Source: Octopus sinensis
Taxonomy: Eukaryota
Reading direction: 5' to 3'
Assembly (NCBI RefSeq): GCF_006345805.1
Contig: NC_043014.1
Coordinates: 4,588,001 to 4,652,000 of the forward strand
DNA length: 64,000 nt
The position numbers and the translations under genes were made by a program. Each line of letters starts with the position of its first letter. The first letter of the stretch is position 1. Under the pieces are notes generated by a model that was not told the DNA's origin, did no database searches, and was given only the letters and a program-made list of their open reading frames with translations. Shown here piece by piece: positions 1 through 14,500 of the stretch.

Positions 1-2917
1 GCCGCATAACTTGGCGCACTCGTGCACTTGACCGAGAACTCTTGAAAGTAAAATCGCCGCTTCGTGCCTCGTCGATAACACACGGACACACACACTCGTG
101 GTCTTCGTCGTACTCAGACTTACTCCCCGGCAATCAACCGACCGCATAACTTGGCGCACTCGTGCACTTGACCGAGAACTCTTGAAAGTAAAATCGCCGC
201 TTCGTGCCTCGTCGATAACACACGGACACACACACTCGTGGTCTTCGTCGTACTCAGACTTACTCCCCGGCAATCAACCGGCCGCATAACTTGGCGCACT
301 CGTGCACTTGACCGAGAACTCTTGAAAGTAAAATCGCCGCTTCGTGCCTCGTCGATAACACACGGACACACACACTCATGGTCTTCGTCGTACTCAGACT
401 TACTCCCCGGCAATCAACCGGCCGCATAACTTGGCGCACTCGTGCACTTGACCGAGAACTCTTGAAAGTAAAATCGCCGCTTCGTGCCTCGTCGATAACA
501 CACGGACACACACACTCATGGTCATCGTCGTACTCAGACTTACTCCCCGGCAATCAACCGACCGCATAACTTGGCGCACTCGTGCACTTGACCGAGAACT
601 CTTGAAAGTAAAATCGCCGCTTCGTGCCTCGTCGATAACACACGGACACACACACTCGTGGTCTTCGTCGTACTCAGACTTACTCCCCGGCAATCAACCG
701 GCCGCATAACTTGGCGCACTCGTGCACTTGACCGAGAACTCTTGAAAGTAAAATCGCCGCTTCGTGCCTCGTCGATAACACACGGACACACACACTCATG
801 GTCTTCGTCGTACTCACACTTACTCCCCGGCAATCAACCGGCCGCATAACTTGGCGCACTCGTGCACTTGACCGAGAACTCTTGAAAGTAAAATCGCCGC
901 TTCGTGCCTCGTCGATAACACACGGACACACACACTCGTGGTCTTCGTCGTACTCAGACTTACTCCCCGGCAATCAACCGGCCGCATAACTTGGCGCACT
1001 CGTGCACTTGACCGAGAACTCTTGAAAGTAAAATCGCCGCTTCGTGCCTCGTCGATAACACACGGACACACACACTCGTGGTCTTCGTCGTACTCAGACT
1101 TACTCCCCGGCAATCAACCGACCGCATAACTTGGCGCACTCGTGCACTTGACCGAGAACTCTTGAAAGTAAAATCGCCGCTTCGTGCCTCGTCGATAACA
1201 CACGGACACACACACTCGTGGTCTTCGTCGTACTCAGACTTACTCCCCGGCAATCAACCGGCCGCATAACTTGGCGCACTCGTGCACTTGACCGAGAACT
1301 CTTGAAAGTAAAATCGCCGCTTCGTGCCTCGTCGATAACACACGGACACACACACTCATGGTCTTCGTCGTACTCACACTTACTCCCCGGCAATCAACCG
1401 GCCGCATAACTTGGCGCACTCGTGCACTTGACCGAGAACTCTTGAAAGTAAAATCGCCGCTTCGTGCCTCGTCGATAACACACGGACACACACACTCGTG
1501 GTCTTCGTCGTACTCAGACTTACTCCCCGGCAATCAACCGGCCGCATAACTTGGCGCACTCGTGCACTTGACCGAGAACTCTTGAAAGTAAAATCGCCGC
1601 TTCGTGCCTCGTCGATAACACACGGACACACACACTCGTGGTCTTCGTCGTACTCAGACTTACTCCCCGGCAATCAACCGGCCGCATAACTTGGCGCACT
1701 CGTGCACTTGACCGAGAACTCTTGAAAGTAAAATCGCCGCTTCGTGCCTCGTCGATAACACACGGACACACACACTCATGGTCTTCGTCGTACTCACACT
1801 TACTCCCCGGCAATCAACCGACCGCATAACTTGGCGCACTCGTGCACTTGACCGAGAACTCTTGAAAGTAAAATCGCCGCTTCGTGCCTCGTCGATAACA
1901 CACGGACACACACACTCATGGTCTTCGTCGTACTCAGACTTACTCCCCGGCAATCAACCGACCGCATAACTTGGCGCACTCGTGCACTTGACCGAGAACT
2001 CTTGAAAGTAAAATCGCCGCTTCGTGCCTCGTCGATAACACACGGACACACACACTCGTGGTCTTCGTCGTACTCAGACTTACTCCCCGGCAATCAACCG
2101 GCCGCATAACTTGGCGCACTCGTGCACTTGACCGAGAACTCTTGAAAGTAAAATCGCCGCTTCGTGCCTCGTCGATAACACACGGACACACACACTCGTG
2201 GTCTTCGTCGTACTCAGACTTACTCCCCGGCAATCAACCGACCGCATAACTTGGCGCACTCGTGCACTTGACCGAGAACTCTTGAAAGTAAAATCGCCGC
2301 TTCGTGCCTCGTCGATAACACACGGACACACACACTCGTGGTCTTCGTCGTACTCAGACTTACTCCCCGGCAATCAACCGGCCGCATAACTTGGCGCACT
2401 CGTGCACTTGACCGAGAACTCTTGAAAGTAAAATCGCCGCTTCGTGCCTCGTCGATAACACACGGACACACACACTCATGGTCTTCGTCGTACTCAGACT
2501 TACTCCCCGGCAATCAACCGGCCGCATAACTTGGCGCACTCGTGCACTTGACCGAGAACTCTTGAAAGTAAAATCGCCGCTTCGTGCCTCGTCGATAACA
2601 CACGGACACACACACTCGTGGTCTTCGTCGTACTCAGACTTACTCCCCGGCAATCAACCGGCCGCATAACTTGGCGCACTCGTGCACTTGACCGAGAACT
2701 CTTGAAAGTAAAATCGCCGCTTCGTGCCTCGTCGATAACACACGGACACACACACTCGTGGTCTTCGTCGTACTCAGACTTACTCCCCGGCAATCAACCG
2801 GCCGCATAACTTGGCGCACTCGTGCACTCGACCGAGAACTCTTGAAAGTAAAATCGCCGCTTCGTGCCTCGTCGATAACACACGGACACACACACTCGTG
2901 GTCTTCGCCGTACTCAG
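1..2917. repeat. 140-bp tandem satellite, ~20.8 near-identical copies, continuing off the left edge
   Basis: The unit GCCGCATAACTTGGCGCACTCG...CAATCAACCG recurs every 140 bp. Only three recurrent variant positions plus a few singletons. GC- and CpG-rich compared with the rest of the window. Confidence 0.98.
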
Positions 2918-2959
2918 CTCTGCTTTCGCTAGACAGTAGATAGGGACAGTGGGAATCTC
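2917..2959 (-). rRNA. 43-bp 28S rRNA fragment (R1-site region)
   Basis: The minus strand reads GAGATTCCCACTGTCCCTATCTACTGTCTAGCGAAAGCAGAGC, matching the conserved 28S core GAGATTCCCACTGTCCCTATCTACTATCTAGCGAAACCACAGC just downstream of the R2 site. Confidence 0.9.
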
Positions 2960-4637
2960 CTCGCCTTCGATCCGTCCACCTCCCCTTATGTACTGAAACT
3001 CTATAGAGTTTATTCCCTGTTTTTATTGTGGGCGGTCCCACATTCTCAAGGCCAATTCCCTATCTTGCGACAACCTTACATGCCAATCTAAAATGTTAAA
3101 ATTCTTCCAGAAATTCAATCCATAGTAGAGAGGGATCTAAAAACATCAGCAAGGCGGGTACTTTTTTCATAAACAGAAAAAAAGAAGTCAAATCCGGGTA
3201 TTTTTTTTTTTTTTTCAGTTCCTATCGAGGCACGGCCCCCAAACCTTGCCACCTCCTCAAAAAAAAAAAAAAAAAACTTGAGGGGCATCCTGCACACCAG
3301 CCTCTCAGTCCTCAAAGAAAAAAAAAAGTTGCGAGGACATCATCGAGGGGGTTTTATGTGCAGGATCCGATAGGAACACACAGGGTCAAATTTGGTGGTT
3401 GAGCCACTGGAAATGCCTGTAGTGTAGCTGACTCTTTACTACTGCAAGGAACGTTAATATTGGCCCAACGTGATTGGGCAACACGCTCGGCCAGGCTTGG
3501 AGGCCCCGCTCTTAACCTGCAAGCCACCAGCTTATACGGCCCCTGGCAACCGTATGTTTTCTACCTTATAATGGATTCAAACTTCGCGGCATTTTCCAAG
3601 AGTACGTGGACGATAATCAAGAATACAAGAGTAAGGAGTCAAGCCCTGTAGACCGTATGCCAACATCCTTCCTTGCCAACCGAAATCCATACACCATGCC
3701 AAACACCCGGCAACAGCCCGCGAAGGGCTCCATACTGACAGTTTACCTGTCAGTGGGTTGGCTCCACTAGTGAGTCCAGAAAGTGAGTCCACCCGCGCTA
3801 TAAATATTGCGGGTCACAACAATCTGGCGTCTGGAGACATCAATCCAGAGCCACCCAGGGACAGTAGCCTTTACGAGGCGCTAACTTATAGGCGAGATCA
3901 GAGGCAGGATGCAAACACCCCATCCCCACCTCTTCTTGTTAGCAGCCCAAACCGGCCTATAAGAGCAGCCGTTCCGACCTTAACCATCCGAGGGCGCCGC
4001 CCCGTGAAATTCTCCTGAGAAATGGGGGGCCTTTACACAACACCGAAGCCAAGTAATGGCCGATCCGGATGAACAGAAGGCCGACAAGCGCAGCCACGAC
4101 CAACCAACAGGGCATCATCTCACTCTGTAAACGAAAACCTCCACACTGCTTGGTCCCCACCAAATGATTGGCACCGCTATGGGGAAAGGACACTTTTAGT
4201 TTGTCCACGGAAGGGTTGGTACCAGCAAAAGCCAATAATGGCTTGCATCCCCCCCCCCCGCAGACGTAAGCTCTTACACCACGACAAGGTAGTGTCCCAG
4301 TGGGTGAAGCCTGGCAGTGAATCAATCTCCTGGATAAAACCCTGCAGATCATAACATACCAGACAAACTTGATGGTGCATCCACCCTCTCGCCTCGCTGC
4401 CAACGTTCCGATCGGACACCGCAGGTGTGTATCCCCCTCTACACCACCCACACCGGTGTTCCTATAGGACACCGCAGGTGCCCTCAACCGACTGGATCTT
4501 TTCTGCCCCCAACGAAACTCGGTGGGGTGGGGACAAATCGCATCAAATCGTACCCAAGCAAGTTCACCCCAAGTGAATGAGCAGTAGGAACAACAACCAT
4601 TTGCAAGGTTCGTGGGTCATAACCATCAAGCCCCACG

Positions 4638-4638
<1 letters not shown>
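2960..4638 (-). mobile_element. Degenerate, internally deleted R2-like non-LTR retrotransposon at the 28S R2 site
   Basis: It begins exactly after 28S ...AACTATGACTCTCTT(A), the R2 target. Broken minus-strand frames give R2-like motifs in the expected order: CPIG (RPISI), RGVR (RGVRQG), LLAFAG (LAFADD), HYLASV (KYLGV), GGSGL (GGLG), ILDYRPRTLG (HILQxCPRTHG), GL/KPG (GLRKPD). There is no intact ORF. Confidence 0.6.
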
Positions 4639-4675
<37 letters not shown>

Positions 4676-6610
4676 AGGTTGAATTTCTTCACTTTGACTT
4701 TCAGAGCACTGGGCAGAAATCACATCGCATCTGTGCGGCTCGGCCGGCTACGCGATGCTCTGTTTTAATTAGACAGTCGGATTCCCCCGGTCCGTACCAG
4801 TTCCGAGTCGACTGTTCGCCGCCGGCCGAACGCCTGCCGCGCGTCGCGATGCGCGACGACGACCGACGCCTGACGGAGCCGAGCCGCGCGCGCACCGACG
4901 CGACGGCGAGCCCGAAGCCGTGTCGCTCCACGGCGTCCCGGGTGTGGAGCTGTTTTGTTCGCGCCCACTACGCCCGGGCACCCCGTATAAAACCGAGCCA
5001 CCGCCGAAGGACGGCCCGCGCACGCGCCGGGAGGCGCGATGCGCCGACGCACGAGAAGGCCCCGCGCGCGGTTCCGGCAGCCGCGGCAACGCTCCAGCCA
5101 CGCGCGGGCTTTCCGGACCGGGAGGTCCCTAGGTGGCGGCGCGACGGAACGCAGCGCAGCGGAGGGAGAGTACGCGCGCGTAGAAGCCGACCCGCGTTGG
5201 CCGTAGGCGCGACCGCGCACCTGCGCGAAGCGGGTTGCCCGCCGGCGCAGCGACGACTGTCGGAAAAATGGGGCGCACCGGGATGCCGAGTCCGACGCCA
5301 ACGCTACAGCCCCGTACCGGTCCGCCGCTTCGCGTGAAGACGTGCTCCAGCGCCCGGCGGCGCGACGCCGAGCGCACGGCGACGCGACCGAGCGCACGGC
5401 GACGCGACCGCGCGGGAGCGAGGCGGCACACACGGCCCGACCGACCCGGTCCTCGGAGCCAATCCCTCTTCCGAAGGTACGGATCCATTTTGCCGACTTC
5501 CCTTACCGACATTGGCGCTATCGACGAGAGGCTGTACACCTTGGAGAACTGCTGCGGATGGTGGGTACGGACCGACTCGAGAGCTGCGATTCGTTACGGA
5601 TCCGGATTTTCCAGGGCCGCCGAGAGCGCACCGAACGCCGCCCGAGACGCGGCGCTCTACCAGTACCATATCCCTATCTCCGGATGAGCCGATTCCACGG
5701 ACGCGGTCCTTTGCGAAGAAGAGAGAACTCTTCCCGGGGCTCCCGGAAACGTCTCCGGGCTCGCTTGCGTTGCCGCTGCTTCGCCCAGCCGCCGGCTTCG
5801 ACGACGGACGCGCTGCTAGGAAGAGCACGCCGCGTTCCCGCCGACGGACGGGCACTCTCTGAGTTCGGGTTCGGGAATATTAACCCGATTCCCTTTCGAT
5901 GCGAGGCCCGCCGCGTACTACGATGAACTGGAAGTTCTTTGTTTACAACGACGGATCCGGCGCCTTTCGTGGAAGCTTTCGCCCGCTTCTTAGGACCGAC
6001 TGACCCGTGCTCGACCGCCGTTGGCACGGAACCCTTCTCCACTTCGGTCTTCGAAGGTCTCGTTCGAATATTTGCTACTACCACCGAGATGTACACCCGC
6101 GGTCGGCTTCACCCGGGTACGCGCCCGCGGCTTCCACGCGCGCAGCGGCGCCCTCCTACTCGACCGGGCATCGGAAAGTCGCCTCGCCGGCGATCGCGCA
6201 ACCTGTCGCCCGGCCGGTCCGGCATCGGTCGCTCGCTCCAGCGCCATCCATTTTCGGGGCCGGTCGATTCGGCAGGTAAGTTGTTACACACTCCTGAGCG
6301 GATTCCGACTTCCGTGGCCACCGTCCTGCTGTCTATATCGACCGACACTCTTTCGGGGATCTAATGGGCGAAGCGTAGGGCACCTTAGCCGGACGTTCGG
6401 TTCATCCCACATCACCAGTTCTGCTTACCAAAAGTGGCCCACTTGGCACCTTGCATTCGTTGTCGCATAACGGCGGCCGCCTCCGATCGAGAGAGGAGCG
6501 GCCCGTTTCGCCCGTTCCGAGTTCGAGAGTAGATCGAGGCCGTCAACGTCCCCGGGGCCTCCAGTCGTTCGCCTTACCGGACGGAATTGCGTGTCGTTCT
6601 CCCGCTGGCG

Positions 6611-6653
<43 letters not shown>

Positions 6654-7160
6654 CGGCTCGATTGGTGTTTCGCCCCTACACCCGGTTCCGACGATCGATT
6701 TGCACGTCAGAGGCGCTTCGGACTTCCACCAGAGTTTCCTCTGGCTTCGTCCCGACCGGACATGGATCGCCATCTTTCGGGTCCCCGGCCGCCTGCTACA
6801 CCTGAGTCGGAGCGGGAACGCCGGACGCGAACCTCGCGGCGAACGCGCGGACCCGACCCGGGAACAATGCTTCGAAGCGCCGTCACGCCGAAGCGAGACG
6901 GCGACGTCGTGTCACGTTCTCGCTTTCGCTGTGCCGTCGGAGTTCGCGAATTGAAAGGCTCCAACGACTCGCAGTCGACTGGGACTCCTTGGTCCGTGTT
7001 TCAAGACGGGTCGGGTAGGTTGCCGATGCTCGTCGCTGACTGGCGGCAGCGGGCGGATTTTCGGGCGAGGTGTCCCTCGACCGCAACGCGCGTCGCCCCC
7101 TTGCGAGGGATTAGCGCGGTCGCGGCGCGCGGGCGGCCGCGTCGCTCGCGGTCTCGGAAG
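4639..7160 (-). rRNA. 28S: Partial 28S rRNA gene (end of D2 to the R2 site), truncated at both ends
   Basis: Conserved cores on the minus strand: GACCCGTCTTGAAACACGGACCAAGGAGTC (~6985-7012), CGAAAGGGAATCGGGTTAATATTCCCGAAC (~5868-5900), GGGTAAACGGCGGGAGTAACTATGACTCTCTT (4639-4670). Long GC-rich expansion segments lie between them. Confidence 0.97.
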
Positions 7161-7490
7161 CTGACAAATCGAGATCAATGTTATAATTTATGCGGTTTTA
7201 ATCTCACAATTCGGATTCATAAAAGGACAGAAAGTGCATGAGGGCTTTACCGACAACAACAACAGCAACAACAAAAATAACTTCTATATGCACCATTGCG
7301 TTGGCCCTGAATGCGCATCAACAGTTTCCTATCTAGATTCAGTTCTCGTCTTATAAAAGGTATTAATTATCTGCTTCAGAAATATCACAAAATGTACACC
7401 ACCCAACTAACTACCTGTAGGTAATCATTCATGCATGTTGGTGCGTGTGGAGTATTTCTCAGATAAATGACTGTAAGATATCGGTACGAA

Positions 7491-7530
<40 letters not shown>

Positions 7531-7698
7531 AATATATCCATATGCATATACATATTATATAGGCGCAGGAGTGGCTGTGTGGTAAGTAGCATGGTTCCGG
7601 GTTCAGTCCCCACTGCGTGGCATCTGGGGCAAGTGTCTTCTGGGCCGACCAAAGCCTTGTGAGTGGATTTGGTAGACGGAAACTGAAAGAAGCCTGTC

Positions 7699-7733
<35 letters not shown>

Positions 7734-7905
7734 TTATAAAATGAGATAGGGGTTGAAAATTCAACCCACCATGGGATAATATATATCCAATATACTGCCA
7801 GATAGGTACCCAACAAGATTAATACATAGATGTTAAAAATTGTCAAACAATCAGTTCATCTATTGTATTATATGGGTAAAGGTAATAATATTACCGTAAA
7901 TTAAT

Positions 7906-9493
<1,588 letters not shown>

Positions 9494-9710
9494 GTGTATG
9501 TATATGTTTGTTTGTCTGTGTTTGTCCCTCTAGCATTGCTTGACAACAGATGCTGGTGTGTTTAAGTTCCCGTCACTTAGCGGTTAGGCAAAAAGAGACC
9601 GATAGAATAAGTATTGGGCTTCCAAAGAATAAGTCCCAGGGTCTAGTTGTTCGACTAAAGGCGCAGTCAAATGCCTGAAACAAGTAAAAGAGTAAAATAA
9701 AGAGTATATA

Positions 9711-9775
<65 letters not shown>

Positions 9776-10770
9776 GGGTGCGGGCGTATCGGTGTTTCCT
9801 CCAGCACCGTTTCACCATCGGTGTTGTTATGTTTACATCCCCGTAACTTAGTGGCCCTGCGTAAGAAAATGATACAGTAAATACCAGGCTTACAACGAAA
9901 ATAGACCTTGAGGGAGTTTAGTTCCCTTAAAAACTGGTCCAGGCGGCAGTCTAATGAATGAAACAGACAAAAAGAAATCTATCTGTCTGACTATGTATGT
10001 ATGTATATAAGTATATATGTATATATGTATGTATGTACGTATGTATGTATGTATGTACGTATGTACGTATGTATGTATGTATGTATGTAATCATCTATCT
10101 ATCAATACATATATATATATATAAACACACACATGCATGAATGCATGCATCCATGCATACATAAATATATATATTCATACATTCATACATACGAAGATAC
10201 ACACACTTACATGTGCGTGTATATATGTATATATGCAAGTATTCATCTATCTCTTAATACACACACACACACATATACATATATACATGCATACATACAT
10301 TTATACATTCATACATATAAAGATACACTCACACAAACATATGCTTGCACGTATGTACGTTTGTACATATGTATGTATGTATGTATATATGTATGTATGT
10401 ATATATGTATGTATGTATATATGTATGTATGTATATATGTATGTAAGTATATATGTAAGTGTGAATGTGTCTATAGATATTTACATGCTTACATTCATAT
10501 ACACGTGCATAAAAACTTGTATGTGTGTGTATGTATGAACGTATATATGTGTGTGTGTATATATGTATATGTGTGTGTATGTATGAACGTATATATGTGT
10601 GTGTGTATATATGTGTGTGTGTATATATGTGTGGGTGGGTGGGAATTCGTAGGTTTTGATTTTCATATTCCCATAAAACTTTTCTAATCAGATTAACGCT
10701 TCTTGTGAAGAATCCAAACCGAACATTAGACTTCATTAGATTAAGTCTTGCGATTACTGTGTATGTGTGC

Positions 10771-10839
<69 letters not shown>

Positions 10840-10902
10840 TGTGCGTCTGTGTATTTGTTGGTTGAACGAAATATTCTCACTCTTTTACTCTTTATTCTTT
10901 AA

Positions 10903-11310
10903 CTTGTTTCAGTTATTTGACAGCGGCCATGCTAGAGCACCGCCTTTACTCGAGCATATCGACCCCGGGACTTATTCCTTGTAAGCCCTGTACTTATTCT
11001 ATCGATCTCTTATTGCCGAACGGCTAAGTGACGGGGACGTAAACACACCAGCATCGGTTGTCAAGCGATGGTGGGGGGACAAACACTGACACACAAACAT
11101 ATACACACACATACATATATATATATACATATATACATATATTCGACAGGCTTCTTTCAGTTACCGTCTACCAACTACACTCACAAGGCATTGGTTGGCC
11201 CGAGGCTACAGCAGAAGACACATGCCCAAGATGCCAAGCAGTGGGACAGAACCCGGAACCATGTGGTTGGTAAGCAAGCTACTTACCACACAGCCACTCC
11301 TGAATATTAA
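10903..11310 (-). mobile_element. tRNA-derived SINE type 1
   Basis: Reverse complement of the same head and tail seen at 33099 and 45885. Confidence 0.9.
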
Positions 11311-11514
11311 AACAGTTTCCCAAGAATAACAAATAAAATTAAATAACAACATTAGTAAATAAATATATCACAATATATCCAGAAACAGGAATCATTTCAC
11401 TTTACACGTGGCTCTCATTCATCAAAACATTTTGCTAATTATTGTGTGACAATATCAAACCATCTCTTTCCAATAATTAAACCTGTCAGACAAGTTCACA
11501 CCCGCTTTTACAGT

Positions 11515-11605
11515 TCCACCAATCGCATTGGTTCATAAATTTACGATAAGATCTATGCCAGAGCTGGGTTGTTGTGCGCTCAATAAATACGTGGAATTCA
11601 GTTAC
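11515..11605 (+). promoter_or_regulatory. Candidate core promoter of gene copy A (also ~37930-38020 and ~53135-53215)
   Basis: CCAAT plus inverted ATTGG (CCACCAATCGCATTGG), GATAAG, and initiator-like TCAGTT (11598-11603) about 90 nt before the ATG. All are retained in the three copies. This is motif-level evidence only. Confidence 0.35.
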
Positions 11606-11687
11606 AGGTCTTCAGCTTAAACCTCGCATCTCGATCTTTTGTTGAAGCCACACGAAGTATCACGTACGACCGACAACTGTCACCAGA

Positions 11688-11831
11688 ATGGATTTCGCAC
11701 AACAGTTCAGGAATATTTCGCAGCGTTATTCCATTTCTTCTCTCATAACTTTTGGGGTTCTTCTCGTGCTGACGATCGTCAATCTTCATCAAGATTCAAG
11801 AATAGGAAAAATGGAAGAGAAATCAAAAACG
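11688..11831 (+). CDS. Gene A exon 1: cytoplasmic tail plus signal-anchor/TM of a short-chain-collagen-C4-like protein
   Basis: ATG...MDFAQQFRNISQRYSISSLITFGVLLVLTIVNLHQDSRIGKMEEKSKT, then ACG|GTAAGT donor (phase 0). Paralogous exons lie at 38103 and 53296. Confidence 0.85.
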
Positions 11832-12129
11832 GTAAGTCATGGATTTTGTGTTAATATATGTATGTCTTTATGTATTTATATATGCATGTATGCGTGCATG
11901 TATGCATGTGTGTATGCGTGCATATATGTATGCATCTACGTATGTATGTATGAATATATGGATGTATGTATGAATATATGGATGTATGTACATACCGATG
12001 GATGGATGGATGGATGGATGTAAGGATGTATGCATGAACCATGTACATATATTCCTATAGAGCACACACACACATACGATCCATCACACACGTATACACA
12101 CAAAAAAACACAGGCGCACACGCCTAAAC

Positions 12130-12180
<51 letters not shown>

Positions 12181-12189
12181 GTTGAAATA

Positions 12190-14499
<2,310 letters not shown>

Positions 14500-14500
<1 letters not shown>

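Noticed and set aside
1-2917. CRISPR-like array
   Set aside because: The units are identical end to end with no unique spacers, there are no cas genes, and the context is eukaryotic.
98-2943. Repeated 63-aa (+) and 97-aa (-) ORFs in the satellite
   Set aside because: They are by-products of a 140-bp period (not a multiple of 3) with few stop codons. They use alternative starts, and I see no domain motif or splice/poly(A) context.
4560-4638. HDV-like ribozyme at the 5' end of the R2-like insert
   Set aside because: A CGTGGG/CCCACG helix exists, but the 15 nt between the strands cannot hold P2, P3 and L3, and no L3 consensus is present.
4701-7241. Many Arg/Ala/Pro-rich ORFs on both strands
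   Set aside because: They overlap the 28S rRNA sequence; GC-rich rDNA is simply poor in stop codons.
11582-11589. TATA box (AATAAATA) for gene A
   Set aside because: It lies only about 16 nt from the candidate initiator, too close for canonical spacing.
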